In this document: one piece after another, positions 1 to 10,779 of the stretch | Position numbering within the stretch: the first letter of the stretch is position 1 | Layout: each line of letters starts with the position of its first letter | Source: Rotaria sp. | Lineage: Eukaryota | Reading direction: 5' to 3' | Length of the DNA stretch: 20,682 bases | NCBI GenBank assembly: GCA_905330235.1 | Contig: CAJNUA010001750.1 | Span: forward strand, 1 to 20,682 | Notes under the pieces: generated by a model | The model's database searches: none | Told to the model about the DNA's origin: nothing | Seen by the model: the letters and a program-made list of their open reading frames with translations, nothing else | Program-made: the position numbers and the translations under genes

Positions 1-29
1 GGCAGGAACTTCATAGAAATTTTCACAGT

Positions 30-150
30 TCTCGGGAATTTACAGAATTTTATTCTCACAACGAACCCGAACTTACAAAATATTTTTTTCGGAAATTACT
101 AGGAATTTTCAGTAATAACCGAAATTTCTACAAAATTTGTATGAATATAT
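30..150. repeat. Degenerate ~20-bp tandem repeat ('cgggaatttacagaatttt' / 'cggaaattactaggaattttcag' / 'ccgaaatttctacaaaattt')
   Basis: Visible periodic GAAATT/GAATTT-rich units. This is a weak call. Confidence 0.4.
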
Positions 151-1674
151 CTATGAATTCGTTAGAGAAAAGAAGATTCTACTCCCTGAAAATACTAAAA
201 ATTTCAGGAATTTTTTAAAACAAAAAATTTGCGCTCTAATAATAAAAGTACTCTTTCGTATACTAGTAATACAGCTTAATTCAAGAAAAGGGTTCTGTCA
301 TGCCATGCATATTGGCACGCTCTTTCAAGCAAAAACTTTGTTAACTACAAGGAAGCTCCTTCGAGAATTCTTAGATGCTAAAAACAACTTAGCTTTTGAC
401 TAGAGAATAACAGAGTTCATCAAAAAGTTTTGGAAAACTTATGTTTTTGGCGAAAAACTTCCTGTTTTTTGAAGAAGACGTGAGGAGGGGCTCAAGAATA
501 ATATTGCTTTTCCTATCAAGAAGGTAGCTGACTGTAGATTTTTATATCAAGCATGATCAATTGTTTGCTTCATCCAAATTTTATGAAACATAATACGAAA
601 GTTTTGAAATTAGTCTAGAATCGAGCCGAATTTTGCATGTTTCGTTTTTTTTTCGACAAATGACAATTAATTCGAACTGATTTTAAGATCTGTTTTCTCT
701 ATTAGACGAATTCTTCGAATAGATTTAGAAAAAAAATTTCAAAAAAATCGAACACAACTGATATGAAGAATCCTTTTGAGTTTCATAATGTAAAGCATTC
801 AAGGAAGTCATACTTTCCTAGCTCGAAAAACTGCGAACTGAATCGAACCGAAATCGAAATCGATTTGAGAAGTCCCGAACTGAACCGATTCCATCTCTGA
901 CATATAGATCTGTGCAGCTTTATATGCACTTTCCCAATAATCTATATCAGCTTTAAAACAATTTACACTAGCACAGTCTAATGTGTGTGAAGAAGTAATA
1001 AATCTAGATGTTGCCATTGTTTATTTTCTTTACATCATATCCATTTTTTCAATTTTTGTTATATTTACTTTCTTTCCTATCTGTCGTCTGCGATTTCCCA
1101 TTCTATCATGTGTATTTTTTCTTGCTATCTTATGATTCATTGTCTCTTTCTCAGATGTTTTTCTTTAACGTACTTGGATATTATCATATCTTAGGAATTT
1201 TTCATCAACATATAAATAGTTGCGGATTAATTACAATAAAGGTTAGTATATATATACATATATCGGGTACAATCATCATTAGAGGGAAATTTTTTCCATC
1301 CAGACTAATTTCATATGTGTGTATTTTAGTCAGTCAGTAAACTCATGTCACATTAAGTTTTATGGGTGCCATATAGCGACTGTATAGTGAACTATAAATA
1401 CCCAAATCATTTTCATCTGATCAAAACACGTTATCAAACGAGTCGGCAAACATTTTGCTGATGACTCCGGCATTTTTAAATGGAAATTCTCAGTGGACTG
1501 ATTTGTAGTATTATACCCAACTCTGTCCTTTTTAATAATCAGATTCTATTTTACGCTATAAGGAATATTTGGTGAGATCGTTTGCATGATTATAATCTGT
1601 TCGAAATTCCCATGAATCAAACGTGCATTAATAAATAATTTTTCCTTTAGATTTCATTAGATAGATAAAGAAAA

Positions 1675-2816
1675 ATGTCGACCACAGCGAAATTTCCAAC
1701 CGACACTTTGAATGATGCATCTAATAAATACAAATCAATAAATAATTCATCAAAAACATTCGATAAGAAAAAAGAAGATTCGCAATCTCTTACTACTATC
1801 ATTAATCGAATTCAAACACTAGTTAAATCAATAAAGAGACCAGGCGTTCACACTGTCTCCTATATGTTTGCTGTTGGTTTTGAATATACAGGTAATGGAG
1901 ATACAGCTCGCTGTAAAGACTGCGGACTTGAGGTATCCAATTGGACATTAGATATGAATCCATTTACTATTCATTCAAAACGTCAACCTGATTGCCCATT
2001 CGTACGCTCTTTACTACCAACTTCATCATCAGATGTGTCTGCGTCTTTTACATCGCCAACCATTCCTACTCAAAATGCATCTATATCAACTGCAGAAGAA
2101 AATACTTCTCAACGTCAAAAAATAGAACCGATGGATTTTCAATCTGTATCAAATACGTTAATTGAAACTAATTCACTTCAACAAGTGCGAAGACGTACAT
2201 TTTCTCATTGGCCACATCGTACTGTTCCATCAAGTGCACGAATGATTGAAGCTGGTTTTTTCTATTGCAATGTTTGTGATCGAGTAATATGCATCTATTG
2301 TAATCTTGTTTCTCAACAATGGACACCATATACAGATGATCCATGTGAATTACATAGAACCCTATCACCTAATTGTATATATGTCAGAACAAGATTGATG
2401 CATCCCATAGCTTCATCAATAATTATTGTCAACGAAGATTCAACAACAACAACTACAGGAATTTCTTCATCAATATCAAATAATCTCAGTTCATTACAAT
2501 CTAATGATATTGTGTCTAGAGCCTCGTATAATGGTGCTTATTCAGAAATACCAAAACGTCATGCATCATTTGCTACGTGGCCAAATGAAGATTTACCACT
2601 AGTGGATGATTTGGTTCGAGCAGGATTTTTCTATACAGGTACAAAAACCATTGTTACTTGTTTTTATTGTAATGGATCATTACAAAATTGGGGTTCAAAT
2701 GATAATCCAATGATTGAACATGCTCGTTGGTTTCCATATTGTGCGTATGCTAAACAATTGTGTGGCAACGATTTATATCGTAAAATTCAAGAATCAAAGC
2801 GAGCACAACAAGGCAC
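1675..2816 (+). CDS. IAP (BIR-repeat inhibitor-of-apoptosis) exon 1, first ATG after stops in all frames; encodes three BIR domains
   Basis: Uninterrupted 1142-nt ORF. It has three C-x2-C-x16/17-H-x6-C BIR zinc-binding signatures: 'ARCKDCGLEVSNW...HSKRQPDCPF', 'RRRTFSHWPHR...EAGFFYCNVCDRVICIYCN...HRTLSPNC' and 'RHASFATWPNE...RAGFFYTGTKTIVTCFYCNGSLQNW...HARWFPYC'. The donor GT at 2817 is the only candidate that keeps the frame into exon 2. Confidence 0.85.
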
Positions 2817-2880
2817 GTTTTCAAAAATTATAATTTTTTAGTTAAAATTGATTCATTTTTTCTTTGATAGAACGTGCTAG

Positions 2881-3095
2881 AGCTAACAAACTGAGAGAGA
2901 GACCAGACTCATCAAGTGATCTGACACATACTAATGTAACGGCAGATAGTGGACAATTATTAATACCTGATGAAAATACTTTATCCAGATTCGTTGCTGC
3001 ACGATTAGACTTATCAATGTCACAACGTTTATTGGATCAATATTTTAAATTATCTATTATTAAACGATGTTGGGAAGATCAATTACGAATAAAAC
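2881..3095 (+). CDS. IAP exon 2 (linker, possibly UBA-like region)
   Basis: Open frame 'ANKLRERPDSS...WEDQLRIK'. Splice GT(2817)...AG(2880) gives a 64-nt AT-rich intron, and this is the only GT/AG pair I found that preserves the reading frame. The donor GT at 3096 (gtgcgt) pairs in phase with the acceptor 'ttattcag' at 3148..3155. Confidence 0.5.
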
Positions 3096-3155
3096 GTGCG
3101 TTAATCAATAAAATATTGTCTTACGTATTTCTTTTTTTTTGAATATTTTATTCAG

Positions 3156-3290
3156 ATGATGACTTTGTATCGGACAGTGATTTGTATATTGCTTGTTTAA
3201 TTCTTCGAAAACAAATCGAACATATTGATGGTAAAAAAGAAAATATTGTTATACCAAGTGTTAAAATGAAACAGATCCGAGAACAAAGTA
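3156..3290 (+). CDS. IAP exon 3 (linker)
   Basis: The frame is open only between the polypyrimidine acceptor 'ttttttttgaatattttattcag' and the consensus donor GTGAGT at 3291. It encodes 'DDFVSDSDLYIACLILRKQIEHIDGKKENIVIPSVKMKQIREQS', and phase joins exon 2 and exon 4 correctly. Confidence 0.55.
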
Positions 3291-3339
3291 GTGAGTTTGT
3301 TATAAATATATTTCTCATTTCTATATTCTTATTTTCTAG

Positions 3340-3728
3340 AAACAGAAATGCGTGAACAAATATCAACTATACATAGTGCAACTCAATTCATACAAAATCT
3401 TACAGATGTTAGAATGAATATATCATTGCAATCTTTAACAAATGAATCTACATCTTCTCAATCTTCTATTAACTCAGCATCAAAATCAACAAGCAGTGGT
3501 AATGAACGTGAAACACAAACAAATAAACAAATAACTACTGATAATGATCGAAGTCAATCAACTAATTCAGAATCATCGAATCTTTGTGTTCTATGCCTGA
3601 CAGAAGAAAAACAATTAGCTTGTATACCATGTGGTCATATGGCAACATGTGTTGCATGTGGTCATTCACTGCGATTGTGTCCAATATGTCGACAAGAAAT
3701 CCACGCATTTGTTAGAATTTACATTTAA
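3340..3728 (+). CDS. IAP exon 4: Ser/Thr-rich linker plus C-terminal C3HC4 RING (E3 ligase type), stop TAA 3726..3728
   Basis: The acceptor 'tattttctag' ends at 3339. The ORF ends 'CVLCLTEEKQLACIPCGHMATCVACGHSLRLCPICRQEIHAFVRIYI*', matching the IAP-type RING arrangement (C-x2-C...PCGH...C-x2-C...CP-x-CR). An AATAAA-like signal lies at about 3951, downstream. Confidence 0.8.
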
Positions 3729-5459
3729 CAAAAAATTTTTTTTTCTTTTACCAAGTCATACTTAGTTAGTTACCGTCGATAAGTTTTGTAACTACGCACA
3801 ATCATAAAATAACATTGATATGAAAAGCAGCTGTTTTTCAATATCATACAAAAAGCAAAATAAGAGTTTTTATTTTTAAAAGTGTTTTGTTTTTTTGGGG
3901 AAGTTTATTATTATTATGATTTTTGAATCATGCTTAAACAGGATATTGATATAATAAAAACAAGAGCAATTACTTCTGCATCATTGATATCGATGGCAAA
4001 AAATATACACTCTACTATCTAGTATTTGTGTATTTTTTATGTATATACTTTTATTCTAAATTTCGTCTCGTGTTGTATGTAAAAAGAATACATGGAACTC
4101 ATTATTATTTATTTTTAAAGATTGAAAATTATCAACCAATAGTGTGCAACAAAAAAAGGAGATTCTAGTTATTTTTATTCTAAAACTTAATTGATTATAA
4201 ATGGCTTGATATTTGTTTCTTGTACTTAGGAGCTGATCGAATTTCCTGTGTGAATAATGATCGATAGGATTCAACATAATAGAGTACTTTTTTCGCCTTC
4301 AACTATTATAAGCAGCGTTCAGTTCGGCTGAAATGTTCGATGTTGGTAAGTGTATGATGAGTCAAAGAAAATCAGGTCATATGTTTGCCTATTTCTTTGA
4401 AATGAGATTTATTTTAAAATATTTCAATGCTAGCATCAAATTTCTTTATACACATTTTCCAATATCGATCATCTGAAGTTATTTTTAGCTCGGTGTGTTT
4501 TGTTAAGATGAGAATTAAAAGCAGTAGTTACTTTAGTCAGAAAAATTAAGGTACAGGTAAAAAATTTGGAAACGAATTATTTTTGTCGTTTTTTCTTGAA
4601 TCTGTACCCTGTCGAATGGTACTTTCACACTCTCAGTGAAATTTTCTAATTGAAGTCAGAGCGTCGCGCGGGAAACACGAGATAATATTTTCCAGTTTTA
4701 CATATTCAGTAAATCGTGCACGTTATACGTTTCTCAGATGACTAGAGTTGTATGGATGGAAAATTTTCAGACCTAGACTCAGTCGGATCTGGATCCAGTA
4801 TCAAGTTGACCAGCTCTACCTCAAAGCGTTAGCTATAATAAATTCATAAAAACAACCTCTCAAACCGATCACACAATGATTGGCGTTCATGAACGATAGA
4901 TCATCGAGAGCTAGAGGATATTTTATTTGGTTCAACAATTTTTGCTCGACTAGATAAAATTCTTTCCAAGACATTTTGTGATATAATCGAGAAAATTGGC
5001 TTTATTAGTCTTTGTTTTCTAAAACCTGTCATCTAAACCTGTTAAGGAGAATTCGGCAAGTACTTAGGGATTGGCCAGGGTGGATGAGATATGGCGGTGC
5101 GTTAGATTGTATAGGATAACTGTTTTCTTATCGATCTTCTGTCTAGACTCTAAAAGTTTGATCACGAACTATTTTAGTGTCTTGGGTACACAAAACATGT
5201 TTCTTACAGACTTATTGACAGATCCTCAGCACGGGATTTGAATGATTTGATTTTATCGCGTACATGTAGACTATGTGGTGTGCGTGTCGATGTGGGTGCG
5301 AGTGCCATTGGCTATCAAAAAAAGAGACACGCTAAACCGCACCTACACCTGAAATCTTCGTCGTCTTTTGACGTTACTTTTTGGTATAGAAAGGTCTGAA
5401 ATCGTACGCTTGTTAGAATCATTCTGTCGACACATGATGCTGGGACATTGTAAAAAAAT

Positions 5460-5645
5460 GTGGGTGTGGGTGTGGGTGTGAGTTGGATGGATTACGAATT
5501 TACCAACATCCACCCACACGTATACCGACATCCACACCCACACACACACTCATACCCACACCCACACTCATACCCACACCCACATCCACACACACCTACA
5601 CTCACCCACGCTCACCCACACACACACTCACACGCACCCTTTTCG
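5460..5645. repeat. Compound microsatellite: (GTGGGT)3, a short spacer, then a (CACCCA/CACACA)n tract
   Basis: Directly visible. The short ORFs at 5343..5549, 5460..5711 and 5483..5665 are translations of this repeat. Confidence 0.9.
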
Positions 5646-7111
5646 ACATTGAAAAAATGCTATAGTTTTGTGTTCCAGTTAGGAGTGGCAGCCTTTAAAG
5701 AGTGTTTATGAACTTTGTTAGAGAAAAAGAACTTTATACTTCCCTCTTCCAAATGAGAAAAAAATTAGATGAAGCTTGTTTAATAATGGAGATATACATA
5801 TTTCTTAAGTGGACACGACTTCTGGGACAACCTGTATACTGAAAAACTGAGTAGTTTGTATCCCTGTGGTAAAAAATCGGTAAAAATTCTAAAAATGTGT
5901 TTTTCAACATTAATTTCACACACTTGCAGCTTGAGAATGCCTGAGTTCTTGAGGTTCTGAAGCTTTAGGAGGATTCTTGGGTTCCTTGAGTTTTGCTCAG
6001 CGGTGATTGATAATCGCTTATTTTTTATTAATTTGTGTAATCTTAAATTCATAAGAATTCAGAGTTCACGAAATACGAACGCGTCCAAAAGTGGTGATTT
6101 TGTATGTAGCACTGTAGGTAGGAAAAAGAACAAACGGTTGAACAGTAAAGTAACACACTGAAAAAAACATGGTACAATTCAGACTTTAGCAAGAATTGCA
6201 AGAATTGTAACCAACCCGAAACGCTTTTATAGGTTTCGTACATGGGTATGAAAGTGGTTTTCTTCAGTTCAGTCTAGTGAACTACCGTCATAAACTGTCA
6301 ATATTTTAAAAGTATGTGTTTTCATCCAATCCTCTGATATCATAGAAAGAAAGAAATATTCTGAGAAGCAGGAGAATGCAACTTAATATTCAGTTCTTGA
6401 ACAGAAACGATAGTATTTTTACAGAAGACCAAAACAAAATATCAATATTTACTTCTAAAAACGATTTATAATGTGGTAGAATGTTCCCTAGCTCTTATTA
6501 AAACCTTAACAAACTTGTAACGAAAAGGGATTCGAGTTTACTTCTACTTATTGGATATCATGCCATGGTGTGAAGAATTTCTTGATGAAAAGACATTAAA
6601 ATAAATATCAAATTGAGTGTAATGAGCCTTGCAAACCTACTTTCTATAGTGATATCAAGCACCCATGATCTTTGTCATTGCAAGTTTCCATCATGATGAT
6701 ATAAATATGCATGAGAGCAAATGAACAAATTTTCGTCATTCTGTTCTTTTTTTTATTCAATTATCTTTCTGTATTTATGCTCTTTTCATTTTTCTATAGA
6801 TACATCCGCACTCTACAAGGGAAAATTGTCGCAACCGAAATCGACGATTACAGCTGAATATTCTATAGTTTTAAGCACGTGACATTATCAATCAGATCCA
6901 TCAGAACATGATTTGAAAGAGATAACTCAACAAAGGAGAAAATCGTCGACTAAATAATAGACCAGGATTGGAACCACGAGAAAAGCTGCTAGTGCCATGC
7001 TTGTGACATTAAAATATGAAACACGATATAGTAATTGTTGCTAATCACAGAATGATTGTTTCGTTTCATGTGTTTTGAGTCGACTTTCTTCGCCCTTCTT
7101 TTACTTTAGCA

Positions 7112-7220
7112 TTCCAGAAATACAATAAGAAAGTAGTCAATACATTGTAACGAGTCGTTATGGACAGACAGCCTGTGATGGTGCCTGAAAAGTGTCTGCC
7201 AAGGTCGGTGGGAGTGAGTC
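7112..7220. repeat. Dispersed repeat copy 1 ('ttccagaaaYRcaataagRaagtRgt...ttgtaacgagKcgtta...tgtgatggtgcctga')
   Basis: About 100 bp similar to 9546..9680. A partial third copy of the 3' motif lies at 10338..10375. Confidence 0.55.
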
Positions 7221-7407
7221 TTCACTCCTTTTATACCCATACCCTTCTATCAAACTCTAGTTTAGAATAGAAAAATTGAATTAATATAAAATTGTTCGTT
7301 CAATTTATTATTCTTCGATAAGTATTTAAAAAGAAATCAAACTAAGCGCGAAGAAAATAACGTCAATACACATGAATAACGGACGGTGACATTTTCATAT
7401 GTCTGAT

Positions 7408-7808
7408 CTATTCATTTTCTTCGACATTATATTTGTTCGAAACACCAGTTGATAATCGTCTTCTTTTAATTGGACCACCAGTAAAATCACCTAAAAGAGC
7501 TTGTCCAAATCCCATGAGATTAATTGGTGTATTACCATCAGTAACTAACATTGATTGAAGACCAAGTGCTTGTAAAAGTTTAACTTGTGTATCTGCACCA
7601 GAAGTAGCAATAGCTTGTATTGTTGATGCGCCAATTGATTCAACTTGTAATTTAAATTTTTCTGTTTCAATTCTTGATATTTCAGCTTTTTTACTAATTT
7701 CTAATTCATTTTGTTCACGTGAAAATTTAATTTCAGCTTCCCGTGCTAATTTTAAACGTGTTAATTCAGATTCAGATGCAATTTGTGCTGCTTTAGCTTT
7801 GAGAGCAG
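7408..7808 (-). CDS. MVP: MVP exon 9 (C-terminal coiled coil; stop at 7410..7408)
   Basis: The 72-nt intron (7880..7809) precedes 'AALKAKAAQIASESELTRLKLAREAEIKF...KFKLQVESIGASTIQAIATSGADTQVKLLQALGLQSMLVTDGNTPINLMGFGQALLG'. MVP has '[49 protein letters not shown]'. The nine exons total 2685 nt, which is 894 codons plus a stop. Confidence 0.85.
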
Positions 7809-7880
7809 CTATAAAAAAGAAAGAAAAAAGAATCATTATTTAAATATTTAATATATGTATTATAATGTTTTTCTTTGTAC

Positions 7881-8121
7881 CTTGTTCAACACCTGCTTCT
7901 CCCTCAATTCGAGCAGATTCAGCACGACTTTGTGCTTCAGCTTTGGCTTGACCTGTTATTTCAACAACAGCTGATTCAGCTTGTAACAGAAGAAGTTGTT
8001 TTCGAACTTCTTCAGCTTCAGCTTCATCTTTAATACGTTGACGTTCTAATAAACCTTTAGCTTCTTGTTCACGACGTGAAGCTTCATGTTTAGCTGCAGC
8101 TTCTTGTGAATTTGTTGTTAT
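7881..8121 (-). CDS. MVP: MVP exon 8 (start of coiled-coil cap-helix region)
   Basis: The 56-nt intron (8177..8122) precedes '[80 protein letters not shown]'. MVP has '[30 protein letters not shown]...AKAEAESRAEAARIEGEG'. The donor is GTACAA. This exon is absent from the ORF track because it has no Met. Confidence 0.85.
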
Positions 8122-8177
8122 CTAAAGAATTTATTATACATATTTATCATCTAATAAATCAATTCATTTATTCATAC

Positions 8178-8506
8178 TTCAATAGCTAATTGAACACTCT
8201 TTTGAAGTGCATCACGTGTTCGTTGATCAACTGGCTCAACACTTTGAATATCAATTGATGTAATAGCAAGATTATTTTGTGAAAAAACAAATAGATCTCG
8301 TATACGTTGATTAGCATCGAGACCAAATACTGATGCACGAATAATTTGTGCTGAATTCTTATGAAAATCATCAAATTGAGTTCCAGCAACAGCACCACGA
8401 ATACGTGATGCGATAGCTTTAGCTGCATCTCCAACAAAATCAGGAACTGAAAAAAGTTTTGCAGCTTCTTTTTCATTCCGCATATCATCGATTTCGAAAT
8501 GCCAAT
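8178..8506 (-). CDS. MVP: MVP exon 7
   Basis: The 50-nt intron (8556..8507) precedes '[62 protein letters not shown]...[23 protein letters not shown]'. MVP has 'NWHFEV...[26 protein letters not shown]...DFHKNSARIIR...[24 protein letters not shown]'. The donor is GTATGA. Confidence 0.9.
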
Positions 8507-8556
8507 CTAAAGTAAAATGAAAAATTTTAAATAAAAATTATAATTCATGAATTTAC

Positions 8557-9143
8557 TATATGAAAGTTGAAGTGATAGACGGGCATGATCAGCTGTTTCA
8601 ATAACGATAACATCAGTAAAAAAATCAGGACCAAGAAGTAAACAAAGTGTTCGAATTTGATTAGGTTTTTTTGGTTTACTACCACTTAATGAAAGCAATG
8701 TAAATTGTTCATCTGGTCCAAGCATAACAAGTTCTGGACCAAAAATAATACGTGCTTTCTTAGATTTATAATCATAAATTTGTACAGCAGCATTATGCGG
8801 TACACGATAGGTAACTAATTTTGATTTATCACGTACAGGTGCACTTGATTTTGCACTTGTTACTTGTGTAGTAGTAGCTGCTTCTTGTTGAGATCTATTC
8901 GGTGCTTGATTACGTGTTGGAACATTTCGTTCAGCTAGTGGATCACGTGTAAGTAAATCTTCAACTTGTTCAGGTAATACTTTTTGCCAAAGTTCTTCAT
9001 CATGTGTCAGCATATAAGTTTGACCAATAACAGCTCGTACACGACCTGTTTTTATATCACGAACATAAATACCTTCATTTTCATCTAAAGGTATGGCTTT
9101 TCGACGTGTAACAACTACAACTTGTGTTGGAGGAATATATTCA
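8557..9143 (-). CDS. MVP: MVP exon 6
   Basis: The 67-nt intron (9210..9144) is followed by 'EYIPP...[52 protein letters not shown]...[86 protein letters not shown]'. This is near-identical in pattern to vertebrate MVP. The donor is GTAAAT. Confidence 0.9.
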
Positions 9144-9210
9144 CTAAAAACAAAAAAAAATCAAGATTTTTTAATGTTCAAATACACAAAAGAACAAATC
9201 AAACTCTTAC

Positions 9211-9395
9211 GTTGGACCACGAATCATCCATCGATCACCAGGATTTCGATTTGTACTAGCTTGTTCATCGCGAAATGCTTCAATACAACTAAGAATAACA
9301 CCTTCATCTTCACCCAAGATAAAAACATCTTGAATACCATTTTCAAGTTTTTCACCTGGTTGCAGAAAAAATGATTTTTCACCAACAATAAGTTT
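9211..9395 (-). CDS. MVP: MVP exon 5
   Basis: Follows a long intron (10451..9396, about 1.06 kb). The acceptor 'ctcctttatag' joins to '[62 protein letters not shown]'. MVP has '[37 protein letters not shown]...GDHWLIRGPL'. The donor is GTAAGA. Confidence 0.8.
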
Positions 9396-9545
9396 CTATA
9401 AAGGAGATAAATTCAAATAAAAAAAGCTGTTAGCATAATTTCTCAGGAATTAAATTATGAAAAACGATTCAACTGCTATTGGTAATCAAAGCGTCATTTT
9501 TTTTATTCTATTTATTTTGGACATACTCATTTCTTCATCATCCTT

Positions 9546-9680
9546 TTCCAGAAACGCAATAAGGAAGTGGTTCATATGTTATAACGAGGCGTTACTGATA
9601 TACGGTCTTTGATCGTATGTCAACAATGTCTGTAATGGTCTCTGACGAGCCGTTTCTAACATGTCTGTCACGTCTGTGAT
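9546..9680. repeat. Dispersed repeat copy 2, within MVP intron 4
   Basis: See copy 1. Shared core 'ttccagaaacgcaataaggaagtggttcatatgttataacgaggcgtta', then 'tgtaatggtctctgacgag...tgtctgtcacgtctgtg'. Confidence 0.55.
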
Positions 9681-9950
9681 TATAGATGCAAATTGATCGG
9701 CTGAGCCACCGACCTCGATAGCCGCACAGTTTTTAAGATATATCAAATGTCACCAAAGCTCAAACGATTGACTCACGCCGCTGCGCCAAAAAAACAGATA
9801 TTTAATTTTTCTTAAACTTCCAACGTCTCAAATCAGTTTTCGGAGATGTTAATGTATAAATACTTGTCAATAAATTCACTAACACCATTTTCTCTCTTTT
9901 TCATTTCAGAATTTCTGAAAGTAAAGACAATTTTTTAGTCGAAATGCATC

Positions 9951-10329
9951 AGCTTGCACTCTCTCTCAGACAAAAAAGTTCCTTTTTCTATTGTATCTTT
10001 GCAACACTTCATAAGGTGTTTAAAAAAAAAAATATACCACAAGATGCAGCATGAAAAGAACTACAATCTACAAAGTAAAGCTTTTTTCAATTATATACCT
10101 TTTGTTTTCAAAAAAGCATAACTCTTTCCAACGAATGTTGACGCTGCGAAAGAATCATTTTTCTATACGAACGAGAAATTCCTTTTTGTTATTTGAATAA
10201 ATTGTTCTATGCAAGTTATAGAGCTTTTCATGCTGCATGTTATGGTGTATTTTTCTTTTTTTTTAAATACCTTATTAAGTGTTACAAGGATGCAATAGAA
10301 AAAGAAACTTTTTTTGTCCGAGGGAGACT
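9951..10329. repeat. Foldback inverted-repeat element inside MVP intron 4: ~105-bp arms, ~164-bp loop
   Basis: 9955..10058 'ctctctcagacaaaaaagttcctttttctattgtatctttgcaacacttcataaggtgtttaaaaaaaaaaatataccacaagatgcagcatgaaaag' is the imperfect reverse complement of 10223..10329. 18-bp direct repeats 'atgtcYgtcacgtctgtg' sit at 9661..9678 and 10356..10373. Confidence 0.75.
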
Positions 10330-10451
10330 TCTATCGGTGATGGATCATTGTTAAGATGTCCGTCACGTCTGTGTGAGATTCATATTTCTACTTTTATGCT
10401 TTTACACTCCTTTTAGAGCGTATTTCACAAAACAAAACTAGCATGACATAC

Positions 10452-10718
10452 CTTTTTGCCTAATTGTGGTTTTCCGTCAGCAACTGGATCAAGAACAACA
10501 CAATATTGACGTGAATTTAGTGTTATTACATCAACAGCAGCAACTAATTGTTCATAAACATTAAGAGTATGTGTTTCAGTATCATTGCAAGTTACAAGCC
10601 ATTCTTCACCATTCATACGTTTTTTACCAAAATCATCTGTAAAAGATTTTAGAGCACGAAGATGGAGAGCTTTTTTATCTGTTAACACATAAGCATTTTC
10701 AACAGTAAGAACGGTTTC
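10452..10718 (-). CDS. MVP: MVP exon 4
   Basis: The 61-nt intron (10779..10719) has acceptor 'ttctag'. The exon encodes '[50 protein letters not shown]...[22 protein letters not shown]'. MVP has 'ALHLRA...TGEEWLVT...[20 protein letters not shown]'. The donor is GTATGT. Confidence 0.85.
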
Positions 10719-10779
10719 CTAGAATATTGAAATATTTAATTAATAAAATAAAAATTTTATCAATAATAATTTAATTTAC

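Noticed and set aside
800-900. 'cgaaatcgaaatcga' short tandem and 'gaactgaaccga' motif
   Set aside because: Only two or three units. It is weakly related to the GAATTCC family, too short to call a feature.
1008-1340. 110-aa Phe/Leu/Tyr-rich ORF upstream of IAP
   Set aside because: It is a T-rich intergenic or promoter sequence with no homology signal or splice structure.
2168-2368. Antisense ORF inside IAP exon 1
   Set aside because: It overlaps the BIR2-coding region on the opposite strand with no independent support.
4781-4800. Short palindrome 'ctggatccag' with adjacent 'ggatctggatcc'
   Set aside because: It is only 10 to 12 bp with no flanking structure. This is expected by chance in 20 kb.
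5343-5711. ORFs 5343..5549(-), 5460..5711(+) and 5483..5665(+), with His/Pro/Thr-rich translations
   Set aside because: They are translations of the (GTGGGT)/(CACCCA) microsatellite, with no protein-like complexity.
8186-9374. ORFs 8186..8488(-) in an alternative frame and 9093..9374(+) antisense
   Set aside because: They overlap well-supported MVP exons in another frame or strand. The translations are low complexity and they have no splice context.
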